A stretch of DNA of 64,000 nucleotides from Paraspadella gotoi (GCA_051294375.1 CM119264.1:1347923-1411922); one strand, 5' to 3'. Positions 12,449-25,644 are shown, counted from the stretch's first letter. Notes: generated by a model not told the origin, from the sequence alone. Translations and numbers: made by a program.

Positions 12449-12855
12449 AGCGTTTTTGGAAAATAAGGCTGAACTTGTTTTCTTTTAATTAATCGTTGTT
12501 TCGATTGTTTTCCTACATTTCAATTATCTCTCGATCTCTTACTAGTGATTAGTCAGGCTATCAAAATGTTGTACCGTGAATTGTATTATACAAAAATAAC
12601 TCAAAATATTGAGCCACGTTCCTTCGAACGAGCGAATCTGTTTCTTCTCCTTTTCTTTTTCCTTTCCCCCGTTTCGCGCGTTCGGGACTTACGAGCCCAA
12701 AAACTAATGAAGATGAAAAAAAAAGCGTTTATCGTTGCTCTAATAGCTTTTTTGCTTTTTTTTCGTTTTTGTAAATAGAGAGAGAGAGAGANNNNNNNNN
12801 NNNNNNNNNNNNNNNNNNNNNNNNNNNNNNNNNNNNNNNNNNNNNNNNNNNNNNN

Positions 12856-12892
<37 letters not shown>

Positions 12893-13001
12893 CAATGGGA
12901 AATACGAGGTTTCTTTCTTTTCTTCCCGATTTTCTTTTTCTCTTTTTTTCTCTTCTTAAGTTTCACATCTTGTGAAGTCAGTCAGTTAATCCATATATAC
13001 A
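12449..13001 (+). repeat. Duplicate (probably alternate haplotype) of 5345-5391 plus 10543-11120, lacking the hAT
   Basis: Colinear match across the insertion point; the first copy has many 1-nt indels. Confidence 0.85.
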
Positions 13002-13854
13002 TATATATATTCAAAGTAAATACCATTCTTAAATCTTGAATTTGTGTAATAGGCAAGTCATATAATGACAATATAATATTTATTTGATCAAAAATATAAA
13101 TTTAATATACATTATCTTGTTTACTTTGTTTTTTTTAGGTTTAAAATTATGTACATAGGCTTTTTTCACCTTTCTTATGCTGGTACTCATTACTTATGAA
13201 ATATTGTAAAATAACTTGTTTGACAATGTTGGACGAATTTAGATAAAAATTTAAAAATGATTGTAAAAGTTGAGTATATTTCACATAAGTAATATATTCA
13301 AGTATTTAAGTCTTCTGAACACAATGTTAAAAATTACATTTTGCCCTGATTTTCTACCTCTAGTTATTTTTTTTTNNNNNNNNNNNNNNNNNNNNNNNNN
13401 NNNNNNNNNNNNNNNNNNNNNNNNNNNNNNNNNNNNNNNNNNNNNNNNNNNNNNNNNNNNNNNNNNNNNNNNNNNNNNNNNNNNNNNNNNNNNNNNNNNN
13501 NNNNNNNNNNNNNNNNNNNNNNNNNNNNNNNNNCTTTCTTTCTTTCTTTTTTCATTCCTCCCTTCTTCCCTTCTCTCCTTCCCAAGGAATTCTCTTCCCA
13601 ATCGCTTTTTTCGGCCAACAAAAAAGAGTATTTGTCCTCATTAAGAAGCCAAAGCAATTGGCCAATAAAAAAAATTCATTGCCAGCGGAAAAACCACTTA
13701 GCTTTTTATGGTTTATTTTTTTACGCGTTTGTTTTTTATTTATTTATTTTTGTTTGTTGTTTTTTTTAGATAAAAGTGGTGGACTTGAGAAGGAGGAAAA
13801 AAGCTAAGGTCAATTTGCGTTATAAAGAAAAAGGGAAGTTGGAGAGTAAAGAAC

Positions 13855-14375
13855 TCTTTACTAAGAGCAAAGAAATTATTATAAAGAAGATGAAAGAGGA
13901 GAGAGCATTTTACTAAGAGCAAAGACATAATAAAAAAGAAGATAAAAAAGGAGAGAGAACTTTACTAAGAGCAAAGGCATAATAAAAAAGAAGATGAACG
14001 AAAGAGAGAGAGCACTTTACTAAAGAGCAAAGAATTATTTATAAGAAGGATGAAAGAGGAGAGAACATTACCTAGAGCAAAGACATAATGAAAAAGAAGA
14101 CAAAAAAGAAGTAGCAACTTTACTAAGAGCAAAGGCATAATAAAAAAGAAGATGAAAAAGAGGAGAGAACATTTTACCTAAGAGCAAAGACATAATAAAA
14201 ATGAGACAAAAAAAAGAGCACTTTAAATAAAGCAAAGGCATAATAAAAAATGAAAGAGGAAGAGCAATTTTACAAGAGCAAAGACATAATAAAAAAGAAG
14301 ACAAAGGAGAGAGACTTTACTAAGAGAAAAGACATAATAAAAAAGAAAGACAAAAAAAGGAGAGAGCACTTACTG
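13855..14375. repeat. ~52-bp minisatellite (TTTACTAAGAGCAAAGACATAATAAAAAAGAAGA...GGAGAGAGCA), ~10 units
   Basis: Recurring ACTAAGAGCAAAG anchor; further units at 15899-15967. Confidence 0.85.
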
Positions 14376-14449
14376 AATTACATTTTCAACTTTCCGATTT
14401 TAAAAAAATATTTTATTATAATTTAATCTACTTAAAGTCATACTTTTTT

Positions 14450-14570
14450 TGAAAAAGATTTATATTTTCTTCCATCAACTTTTAACGAGGAATCTGAGAT
14501 CTGTTCTCAGAATTAAAAAAAAACATTTTAAAATTTTGAATTATATTAGGGTAGTACTATATACAAACTA
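14450..14570 (+). mobile_element. Fragment of the foldback hAT MITE family (see 56551-57121)
   Basis: ATCAACTTTTAACGAGGAATC..ATCTG..TTTTAAAATTTT..GGGTAGTACTATATA resembles 24520-24612 and 56940-57010. Confidence 0.5.
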
Positions 14571-14627
14571 AGCGACTGGGCTACATATTTATAAAAAAAC
14601 AAAATATATATATATATATATATATAT

Positions 14628-17600
14628 CAAGATATAACGCTAAATTTTGTTTCTAACTTTCAACTTCACCCTATTGTACAGCCCTGGAAGAAAAAGTGTT
14701 GAGGAAGCGAATGAAAAAAAAAAAGAGAATTAGAAATGAGCAAAAGACGCGTAAAGCGATGAAGGGAAAGCTTGGGATCGAAGGGGCAGGGCAATGACAA
14801 GGCATAAGCAATGGTCTACAGCGGGGGTGAGATGGTGAGTAAATGTCCGGAGAATAAGGGGGGTGGGAAAGGGATTATGCAGTGGAGAGCGAGGTGATAA
14901 AAGGGTGGCAAGAATATGGGTGGAGAAAGGAAGCAAAAAGAAGATGAAAAGGGGAGCAAAAGGGAAGGAGTAAAGGGAGCAGAAAAAGGGAGTAAAAAGG
15001 GTGCAAAAGGAAAGAGTAAAGGGAGCAGAAGATGAAGTGAAAGGGGAGCAAAAGAGAGGGTAAAAGGGAAGCAAAAGAGAGGGTGAAAAAAGGAGCAAAA
15101 GAAGAGGTGAAAGGAGCAAAAAGAGAGGGTGAAAAGGAGCAAAAGAGAGGGTGAAAAGCGCAATGGAGTCAGAAGCGAATGAAGTGATTTGAGGGTTTCT
15201 CATTAAAGACAAAAACCGAGAAGTCATCAGAGGGAAATCAAGGCAGAAGCTCCGTTTTCAATTCCCGATTGGAAGGCGAGTCTCTTCGCTGTCCGGGACG
15301 ACCATATAACGGGCGGGGGGTTGAGACGAGGGAGGGAGAGAGGAGGAGGAGAGAGGGGGGGAGAGGGAGGGGGAGAAGAAGGGGCAGAAGGGAGCAAGAA
15401 GGGGAGAGGTAGTTCGTGTAGAAGGGGAAGTGAAATTAAGAAGAGAAAATTAGGAAAATAGAATTTTAAAGACACAAAGATGAGAAAAGGAAAAAGAATA
15501 AGGAAGTGTTAAAGGGAAAAAAAAGGAAGGAGGAACGATGCAAGGAAAAGGAAGAGGAGGGGAGGAGAATAAGAGAGGAAAAAGAGGAGGAGGAGGAAGA
15601 GGAGCAAGGAGGATGAAAAGGAGGAGGAAAGAGGAAAGCCGTCGAGGAATCCATCCATCACTGAGTTACTAAACAGAAAATAGGCCGATCGAAAAAAAGA
15701 AAATACCTTGAGCGACGACGACGAAATAGCGACGAAAATAAAACGAAAGACGATACGACGAAAATAAAGACGATATAAAGAACAACGGACAATGACAAAA
15801 ATAAAACGATGACGATGGCGAGAATTAAAGACGACAATGATCCAGGACGGAAAAAAAGAACGACGACGAGTGANNNNNNNNNNNNNNNNNNNNNNNNNAA
15901 AAAGGAGAGAGCACTTTACTAAGAGCAAAGACATAATAGAAAAGAAGACAAAAAAGGAGAGAGTACTGATAATATATTATAATATCATAATATTTTTCCG
16001 TAGGCATGATTATTTTTAGCATAAGTGGGACAAACCGACAGACCGACCGATAGCGTTGGTCCGCAACCAAAAAGAAGAATGTCATTGTACAGTAGAGTGA
16101 TGTGAAAATGATACAATTTTAAAAAATTACAATTTAGCACAAAACATGAAAATAAAAACCAATAAAAATACTTTGGTAAATTCATTTATAAAAATACAAA
16201 AAAACTACAAATTAATATTCACTAATATGATAGTTTTCAAGATATAACTGCAAAAATTTGATTCCAAACTTTCACTTCACCCTATTGTACCGACCTGAGA
16301 GAGAAAAGTGTTGAGGAGCGAATGAAAAAAAAGAGAATTAGAAATGGAGCAAAAGACCGTAAAGCGATGAAGGGAAAGCTTGGGATCGAAGGGGCAGGGC
16401 AATGACAATGGCAAGCAATGGTCACACGGGGGTGAGATGGTGAGTAAATGTCCGGAGAATCAGGGGGGTGAGAAAGAGGGTATGCAGTGGAGAGCAGAAG
16501 TGATAAAAGGGGTGGCAGAATATGGGTGGAAAAGGAAGCAAACGGGAAGGTGAAAAGGGAGCAAAAGGGAAGGAGTAAAGGAAGCAGAAGAGGGAGTAAA
16601 AAGGGTGCAAAAGGGAAAGAGTAAAGGGAGCAGAAGATGAAGTGAAAAGGGAGCAAAAGAGAAGGTGAAAAGGGAGCAATAGAGAAGGTGAAAAGGGAGC
16701 AAAAGAGAGGGTGAAAAAGGAGCAAAAGAGAGGGTGAAAAAGGAGCAAAAGAGAGGGTGAAAAGGGAGCAAAAGAGAGGGTGAAAAGGCGCAATGGAGTC
16801 CAGAAGCGAATGAAGTGATTGAGGGTTTCTCATTAAAGACAAAACCGANNNNNNNNNNNNNNNNNNNNNNNNNNNNNNNNNNNNNNNNNNNNNNNNNNNN
16901 NNNNNNNNNNNNNNNNNNNNNNNNNNNNNNNNNNNNNNNNNNNNNNNNNNNNNNNNNNNNNNNNNNNNNNNNNNNNNNNNNNNNNNNNNNNNNNNNNNNN
17001 NNNNNNNNNNNNNNNNNNNNNNNNNNNNNNNNNNNNNNNNNNNNNNNNNNNNNNNNNNNNNNNNNNNNNNNNNNNNNNNNNNNNNNNNNNNNNNNNNNNN
17101 NNNNNNNNNNNNNNNNNNNNNNNNNNNNNNNNNNNNNNNNNNNNNNNNNNNNNNNNNNNNNNNNNNNNNNNNNNNNNNNNNNNNNNNNNNNNNNNNNNNN
17201 NNNNNNNNNNNNNNNNNNNNNNNNNNNNNNNNNNNNNNNNNNNNNNNNNNNNNNNNNNNNNNNNNNNNNNNNNNNNNNNNNNNAAATAGAATTTTAAAAT
17301 AGAATATTGGAAGAAGAAAAAGGAAAAACGAAAGAGATGAAGACACAAAGATGAGAAAAGGAAAAGATAAAGGAAGTGTTAAAGGGAAAAAAAAGGAAGG
17401 AGGAAGCGATGAAAGGAAAAGGAAGAGGAGGGGAGGAAGAATAAGAGGAGGATGAAGAGGAGGAGGAGGAAGAGGAGCAGGAGGATGAGAAGGAGGAGGA
17501 AGAGGATAAGCCGTCGAGGAATCCATCCAGTCACGAGTTACTAAACCAGAAAATAGGCCGATCGAAAAAAAGAAAATCCCTTGAGCCGACGACGACGATA

Positions 17601-17740
17601 GCGACGAAAATAAATACGACGACGATAGCGACGAAAATAAAGACGAATATAAAGAGACAACGACAATGACAAAAATAAAAACGATGACGATGGCGACGAA
17701 TATAAAGACGACAATGATGCCGACGAAAATAAAGACGACG
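14628..17740 (+). repeat. Duplicated ~1.25-kb block (14628-15873 and 16238-17740) containing a ~22-bp purine repeat AAAAGGAGCAAAAGAGAGGGTG
   Basis: Colinear match; 25-N gap at 15874-15898 between the copies. Confidence 0.85.
16010..16074 (-). mobile_element. HINE 5'-end fragment
   Basis: Minus strand TTTTTGGTTGCGG..TCGGTCGGTCTGTCGGTTTGTCCCACTTATG resembles 59278-59402. Confidence 0.55.
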
Positions 17741-17820
17741 ACGATGGTGACGAATATAAAGACGATGATTATGCCGACGAAAATAAAGACGACGACGATG
17801 GTGAAGAATATAAAGATGAC
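17585..17820. repeat. ~27-bp GAC-rich minisatellite (GACGAA(A/T)ATAAAGACGACGACGATGGT) with alternating variants
   Basis: Recurring GACGAAAATAAA / GACGAATATAAA anchors. Confidence 0.75.
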
Positions 17821-19809
17821 GGCAACAACTTCATTTCAAAAATAGTTTTATTATTATCAAGTGATTCTTATTCTTTATCTTTCATCGTAAGGTCTACTGA
17901 AAATATGACGTTATTATAAAGTATAATATAAACATGAAAAATTGCAAGATTACTTTATTTACTAAATTAAACTTTATAATTTTAAATTAAAATTTTAAAA
18001 TAAATGTAAAAATTTTATAAATTTTCCTATATATTAGATTTAATTATTTTTCATTTCATACTATATCCCTCTCAGCTTTCGAATAGTGAATAAAAAAAGT
18101 CTTTTTCAGGCCTAATCTCTCTCATTCTTTTTATTTATCTCTCTCCCTCCCTTCCCCTCCTCCCCTCCCCCCTCCCCCTCCCCTCCCCCCTCGGTTGGTC
18201 TCCTCCGTCTCCCTCTCTCCCCTCTCTCCGGTCTCCTCCCCCGTTTCTCTCTCTCTTCTCGTCTCTCTCTCTCTTTCTCCTCTTCTCTCCTCGCCCCCGC
18301 CCCCTCCCTCTCCCTCCCTCCCCCTCCTCTCCTCTCCTCACTCTCCACCTCTCTCTCTTCCTCCTTCTCGACGACGCACAGATCTCCGCATGGCAGTAAG
18401 TAATTGGGTCGTTTTCAATGGCTGCGGTCACTTTTAAGCCGCGAGATGTTTTTCACTTTGGGTGCAAACTGCCCGATCTCAACCTAGAGAGGAAAGGGTG
18501 ATCGACGTCCGACGACGACGACGACGACGACGTTACGACGCCACGACTGACCGCACCGAACCAGCACGCTTTTTTACAACTCATTCTAGTTATTTTAAAA
18601 ATACATTTCGTTTAAACATTAAACTTACATTCTACGCAGGAGAGTGAGGTAGCAGATCCGTCAGTTGCGATTGTTAGATTGCTTGATCGAATGCACTCTG
18701 CCCCTCCTGCCTCGACTCGACCCATGATTGATGTGATTGTATTTTTGAATATGGATTAGTAAACTATTGATGATTGATTTCGACTGGCCTAGATCTGATA
18801 CACTCATATAGGGACCTTCTATTCCCGACTCTCATCCTTCTTCATATTGCCACAGCAACACCTGACTATTCGAGTAATATCTTCGCCTCACTCCCTACCC
18901 TCCGCGCACTTCCCGACTCTTCATTGATCTGAACTTACTCATCCCACCCTCTGTCTCTCTCACTCTCTCTCACACATCTCATTTCCTCCCCGTCGCTCTC
19001 TATTCTAGTTTTCGTCGCACGGCTTTGCGATCAAGAATAGGAGGGGGGAAAGATGAGGTAGAGAGAGAGAGAGGAGGAGAGAGAGAAGAGAGGAGAGAGA
19101 GAGAGAGAAGGAGAAGAGAGAGAGAGAAGTAGAGAGAGAGAGGAGCAAGAGAGAGAGAAGAGAGAAAGAGAGCGAGAAGCAGAGAGGCATAGAATTTGGG
19201 GAGGAGTAGGAGGAGAGAGAGAGGAAGTAGAAATTATAACGAAACGAGAATAGGGTTATTGAGGATCAATAAGGAAGATATGGAGGCTAATTTAGCTAAG
19301 TAAGAAAAAAGAGTAGGAAAGAATAGAGAACAGGTATAAGGAGATATCGTAGCAGTAGAGAGAGGTGACTGGAGGATAGAAGCTGATGTGAAGGATATAG
19401 CGTGAGAGATGTGAGTAACAGGATAAAGGTGTCAGTGGACGTATAATCAGCGCAGGAGATAGGATTCATTAGGAGGACTAAGTTATTCAGCAAGAGAAAA
19501 GGTAACGAGGAGAGAGGAGATGTAGATTAATGAAGAGTGAGCGTGAGTATGAGAAGCAAGAGACGAAAGGAGAGGGTGTTTGAGGAAAATTAGGGAAAGT
19601 GAGAGAGGGAGAAGAAGTGTTAGATTGAACATATCGATTACTTCATGGAAAGATTTTCTCGATTCATTCAGGGACAGGAATTGAAGGCATAACGTTGTTG
19701 AGTTGTTGTTTGTGTTGATGGTGGTCGACTTGAACTAATACATTCAATAAGTTTCCCGCCGCAGTTGCCAACATTATGAAATCTCAACTGTGATTTATTG
19801 GTTTTTATA

Positions 19810-20449
19810 CAGGGAGATTCTGCAATCTTTTTGGGACTTCTAATTGTAATAAAATCGTTTGGAGTGTGGTAAATAAAGCAATATTAATGGTATGTAAATT
19901 AGTACATCATGTTAAAAAATTGTCTTGGATATAATATAATTTTAGAAAAAGTTGTCTGTTCGGCACGCCTGGACCGCTCCAATAAGTGTCCAGAGAAGGT
20001 GGGCGCATCTGCTTTTTGCGACAGCGCCCATTAAGAAAGCTTTTTGATGCAACTGATATGACGGCCTAGCAAGATAGTCGAGAGTGTACTAAAGGGGAAT
20101 GCGTGAGACATGCTTCTTCTCTATCATTACCATTTTATTAATTCAAGAGGATTGCAGTCAACGAAAAAGCTGCGAGGGTGCAAAAGTCAGAAGTCAGCTT
20201 TCGATTTTGATAAAGGAACGGGCGAACAAATATAATGGACATGCTCGCGCAAAAAGCCTAAAATACAGGGTGCATGTGATTTTTTCCAGAACGTGATTTT
20301 TATATCAAGTTCTCGAATTAAGATTGATAAGTTAGCCTTAATTTTCAAATCATTATCTCCGCCTTTTTTTCTTCATTGAACTTCGTTTTTTGGTCGTGTG
20401 AGCACTTGAGCTTTTTTATTGCCCTATAAGAGCTCGGTAAGCCTCCCTG
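19810..20449. mobile_element. Tc1/mariner-type MITE, noisy copy 1
   Basis: TA|CAGGGAG ... CTCCCTG|TA; colinear with 20803-21363. Confidence 0.75.
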
Positions 20450-20802
20450 TACTGTTTTTTAGAGATTAGAATTGGAATTTATATGTAGTAAAATTTAAAT
20501 AATTTTTATATATTATATTATTTTATAGTAAGCGCTCGTCCTCTAACTTCTGATGACTGACGTGAGATGACTGACGACGTGGTCGAATCNNNNNNNNNNN
20601 NNNNNNNNNNNNNNAGGGGAGGAAGAGGGAGAAGGAGAAGAGATTTAATGACTTCGATTGTCAATGGAAAAGATTTTCTCGATTCCATCAGGACAAATGA
20701 GCATAACGTTGTTGTTGTTGTTGTTGACGTGGTCGGCTGGAACTAAATGACATTTTCCCGCGCAGCAACATCTGAAATCTCAATGTGATTTATTGTTTTA
20801 TA

Positions 20803-21363
20803 CAGGGAGATCCAGATCTTTTGGGACTAAATTTGAAAAAATCGTTTGGATGGGTAAATAAAAAAATAATGGTATGAAAATTAGTACACATGTAAAAAAT
20901 TGTCTTGATATAATATATTTTAAAAAATTGTCTTCGGCAACCCTGACCGTCTCCAAGTGTCCAGAGAAGGTGGCGCATGCTTTTGCGACCGCGCCCATTA
21001 AGAAAGCTTTTTATGCAACTATTGACGCTAGCAGATAGTCGAGAGTTCTTGAGGGGATGCGTGAGACATCCTTCTTCTCTATCATACATTTTATTTAATC
21101 AAGGGGATTGCATTCAGAAAAGCTGCGAGGTCAAAAGTCAGAAGTCAGCTTCCATTTGTCAAGGAACGGCGCGAAAAAATATGACATGCTATGCAAAAAG
21201 CTTAAAATACAGGGGTTGCTATTTGTTTTCCAAGACGTTTTTTTATATCAATCAAAAGAGAAATTACCCTTATTTTCATATATAATCTCGCCCTTCTTCT
21301 ATCATAAACTGTTTTAGTTGTGTGAGCACTTGAGGTTAGTCCCAAAAGAGCTGTACCTCCCTG
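20803..21363. mobile_element. Tc1/mariner-type MITE, 561 bp
   Basis: 28-bp TIRs CAGGGAGATCCAGATCTTTTGGGACTAA vs CAGGGAGGTACAGCTCTTTTGGGACTAA (3 mismatches), with TA on both sides (20801-20802, 21364-21365). Confidence 0.9.
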
Positions 21364-21550
21364 TACGTTTTTAGAATTAGAATTGGAATTTATATATAAA
21401 TTATAATTTATATATTTATATATTTATATAAACGTCGTCTCTAACTCTATGACTGACGACGACGATGACGACGACGACAACGACGACGAAAATAACGATG
21501 ACAACGACGACTACAAAGACAACAACGACGACGACAACGACGACAAGGAC

Positions 21551-21630
21551 GATTAAAGCGTCGACGACATCCCTATGACAAGACTGACATGATTAAAGCG
21601 TCGACGACATCCCTATGACAAGACTGACAT
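21551..21630. repeat. Perfect 40-bp tandem duplication
   Basis: GATTAAAGCGTCGACGACATCCCTATGACAAGACTGACAT occurs twice; it is also present in degraded form at 22706-22781. Confidence 0.9.
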
Positions 21631-21958
21631 GTTTACGCTTCCATCCTTTCCTGAGATAAACGATGTTTTTCTTCTTTCCATATCACACTATTTTTTTTTC
21701 ACAACGCGACCCATCGAATTATAATAAAAGTGAAAACATAAGGTTTTTTTTTTCTGTTTAAATATAACGGAAAAGTCGGGATTGTTAATGTTAATGTTAA
21801 TGTTTAATTTATCAGGAAACTTGTTTTTTCGTTATTATGTTTTATATGCCTTGTATCATAACGTTGTTGTTGTGTTGTTGACCGATCGATAAGCCACTGG
21901 AACTAAATGACATTCACCCAGCGCACGACCAACTGATATCATGTGTTTTGTTTTAATA

Positions 21959-22508
21959 AAGGGAGATCAGATCCTTTTGGGCTAATATAAAAAATCGTCT
22001 TGATGGGTAATAAAAAATAATGGTATGATTAGTACAACATTCGTAAAAAATTGTCTTGATATTAATATATTTATAAATTGTCTCGGCACCCCTGCCGTCT
22101 CCGTTAGAAGGTGGCGCATGATTTTGGAGGCGCTTAGAAAGCTTTTTATGCAACTATTGACGCTTCCGCACGATAGTCGCGAGGTACTTGAGGGTGATAT
22201 GCGTTGAGACATAATTCATCTACTCTATCATTACATTTATTTAATCAAGGGGATTGCATTCAGAAAAGCTGCGAGGTCCAAAAGTCAGAAGTCAGCTTGC
22301 CATTTTCAAGGAACGGCGCGAAAAAATATTGACATGCTATGCAAAAAGCCTTAAAATACGGGGTTGCTATTTGTTTTCCAAGACGTTTTTTTATATCAAT
22401 CAAAGAGAAATTAACCCTTATTTTCATATATATCTCTGCCCTTCTTCATCATAAACTGTTTTTAGTTGTGTGAGCACTTGAGGTTAGTCCAAAGAGCTGT
22501 ACCTCCTG
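21959..22508. mobile_element. Tc1/mariner-type MITE, copy 3, within a ~1.15-kb tandem duplication (20702-21855 / 21856-23041)
   Basis: Colinear with 20803-21363, including both flanks. Confidence 0.75.
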
Positions 22509-23450
22509 TACCGTTTTTAGAATTAGAATTGGGAATTTATATATAATTATAATTTATGATATTTATTATATTTAATAAACGTCGTCTCTACCTCTATGGA
22601 CTGACGCAGACGATACGACGACGACAACGACGACGAAAATAGACGATGACAGCACAGGACGACTACAAAGACCAAGCACGACGACGACAAACGTACGACA
22701 AGGACGATTAAAGCGCGACGACATCCTATGACAAGACTGACATGATAAAGCGTCTGACGACGATCCCCTATGCAGACTGATGTTTACGCTTCCATCCTTT
22801 CCTGAGATAAACGATGTTTTTCTTCTTTCCATATCACAACTATTCTTTATATATATATCACAAACGCGACGCCCCATCGAATTATAATAAAAGTGATAAA
22901 CATAAGGTTTTTTTTTTTTTTCTGATATATTAATAAGAGAGACGGAAAAGTCCGGGATAGTTTATAATGTTTAATGTTAATGTTTAATTTATCAGGAAAC
23001 TTGTTCTCTCTTTCGTTACTTCAGTTTTATATGCCTTGTATTTAAGCTTCGTCAAGAACCTTTCTCCTCTCTCTTCTCTCTCTTCTCTCTCTCTCTCTCC
23101 TATCTCTCTCTCCTCTCTCGTCTCTCCCTCTCTCTGCTCTCTCCCTCTCTCTCGTCTTCATCTCTCCCTCCCTCTGAAACTGCGAATTGTGCCGATGTTT
23201 TCTCTCACTCGGGATGAACTGTCGGCGACGTCCCATTCGTCAAGGGAACCCCGCCTCGGAAGCGAGAGAGAGAGAGAGAGAAGAAGAGTACGCGCAGAGG
23301 AGAGAGAGAAGAGAGAGAGAGAGAGAGACGAGAGAGGGAGAGAGAGAGAGAGAGTCAAAATAGAGTAGCTTCGTTGAGTTGAGAAAGAGTAAATTTAAAG
23401 CCAAGCTCAACTGAACTGGCNNNNNNNNNNNNNNNNNNNNNNNNNTGAAT

Positions 23451-23558
23451 GGTCACGTGATCGGACGAAATTGACATTCAAGGTCACGTGTCAAGTTTAA
23501 TACCAATTCGCTCAATATGACGCGAAGAGAGAAAAAACAAAAGGCGCCATCTCTGGCG
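23451..23558. promoter_or_regulatory. Two GGTCACGTG E-boxes plus a CTCF-like core
   Basis: CACGTG at 23454 and 23485; GGCGCCATCTCTGGCG (minus strand AGATGGCGCC) at 23543-23558. Motif match only. Confidence 0.35.
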
Positions 23559-23689
23559 AGATTTTAAAACTATTTTTTTTTTACATTTAGCGCTAAGTAT
23601 TACATAACAAGAGGCTGTGAAATAATAGCTGATTCATTGAACAAATGGATAATCTTAATATCGACTGTAGTAACTACATTAATTGTACT

Positions 23690-24204
23690 GGCTCTCTTTT
23701 CCGAAAGTGCCCCCTTTTTGTTCGTATATCCCAAAATTTAATTTTAATTTTAATATTTAATTTAAATATATTTTNNNNNNNNNNNNNNNNNNNNNNNNNN
23801 NNNNNNNNNNNNNNNNNNNNNNNNNNNNNNNNNNNNNNNNNNNNNNNNNNNNNNNNNNNNNNNNNNNNNNNNNNNNNNNNNNNNNNNNNNNNNNNNNNNN
23901 NNNNNNNNNNNNNNNNNNNNNNNNNNNNNNNNNNNNNNNNNCCTTATCATTAGTTTTTAACCTCTAACCTTATACATTAATGCTAATATTTAATAAATAA
24001 TAATAATACTAATCAGTAATCACAAGTTAAATCCTTAACCTTAATTACCAACCTAATCTCTAATTTAATCATTAACCATTGATTTAATTTAATTTAATTT
24101 AATTTAATCCTTAACCTTTAATCCTTAATCTTTAACCTTTAACTTAATCCTTTAACCTAATTCCGAATTTAGGAAATAATGGGTCGTTCTGGGAAGATAA
24201 GGCC
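23690..24204 (-). mobile_element. Telomere-like-repeat MITE, both ends present
   Basis: GGCTCTCTTTTCCGAAAGTGCCCC ... degenerate (CCTTAA/CCTAA)n ... GGGTCGTTCTGGGAAGATAAGGCC. Confidence 0.7.
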
Positions 24205-24499
24205 CTCTCTTTCTTTCTCTGTTTCACTCCTTCTCTCTATCTCTCTATCTCTCTCTATCTCTTTCTATCTCTCTCACTCCGGAAGTTCAGTCCTTTTGTC
24301 AACAGCGACAGAAATTCGGGCGTCGAGGAAAGAGAGAGATTTCATCGGGACAAAACGAGAAAACAAATCAAAAAACAAGAAAACAACCACAAAAACAATA
24401 ACTGAAACAGTATAAAAATTATACAAAAATGTTGATGTCACATAATTAACAACAACGTTTTATCAGTCATCATTAATTTATAAACGAAAATTAATTTTA

Positions 24500-24754
24500 T
24501 GTTTTTCAAACTTTTTTTAATTCAACTATTAGTGAGGATTGCAAATCTGCCAAAAAAATCTTACAAAAAATCATTTTGAAATTTTAACATTTATAGGGTT
24601 AGTACTATATATAAACATAGCCCACTGCGTTTATTGGAAAATCTATACTGAAAAAAAAATTTTTAACACAGTAATGTTTCTTAGTACAATGTTGTAAATT
24701 CCTTACTTTTAGAATTTTAATTAAATTAAATTTTAAAATTCTTACTACGCTTTA
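24500..24754. mobile_element. One arm of the foldback hAT MITE family
   Basis: Reverse-complement similarity to 56551-56780; ends TTCTTACTACGCTTTA. Confidence 0.6.
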
Positions 24755-25212
24755 ATTATTATTATGTGAGATGAATCGGTAATACACTCTCGGAGTTTAT
24801 AAATTCGATACAGAGTTAAAGGATTTTGCTTGAAATTATTCAGATTCTTGCTACTTAGTTATCTTTTAAAAAGGAATATAGAGGCACACATCATAACTTG
24901 ACCAAAGTCAGAGACAAGATTTAAATATCTTATTTATAATCGAATAAATGATGTTGAATTTATCGGACCATTTTCATTTACGGGACAGAATCATGCGAGA
25001 AGGACAAAGAAAACAAGAAAAAAGAGGAAAAGAAGGACAAAGATAAGAAGTACAAAGAACAAAGTACGAAGAGGACATGTAGGACTAGAAGGACAAAGAT
25101 AAAAGAACAAAGTACAAAGAGGACATATAGGACAAGGACCTCCGGCTCTACGACAAAACTCCCGCGAAACCATGAGGCAAAAATATAATGGAAGATGACG
25201 CCTTGTTTATTA

Positions 25213-25259
<47 letters not shown>

Positions 25260-25291
25260 TCATCATCGTCCAGAGTCGCATTCGGGAAAAG

Positions 25292-25376
25292 AAAAAAAAT
25301 TCCATGAGCCTCGCGTTGGTTCGTAATCCTCAGGGACAATAAAAACATGGAGAAAAGTTGACCCGGGAGCAATGGC

Positions 25377-25409
<33 letters not shown>

Positions 25410-25610
25410 NNNNNNNNNNNNNNNNNNNNNNNNNGAAGGCAGAGGCAAAAGAATAAAAAATCGTTGTTAAATTCAAAATTCTCGCTCTCTCTAATATTAA
25501 GAGACAAAGAAATTAAAGCGATTTCGGAAAAAGTACAGAAAAGCAGAAATTTCGTGTTATTAGCTATCACGCATCGTGTATCCAGGTTTTAAGGCACAGC
25601 ACACTTCTAC

Positions 25611-25644
<34 letters not shown>

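Noticed and set aside
17690-17830. FLAG-like acidic peptide DEYKDDD repeats
   Set aside because: A GAC-based minisatellite with no start, splice context or vector sequence.
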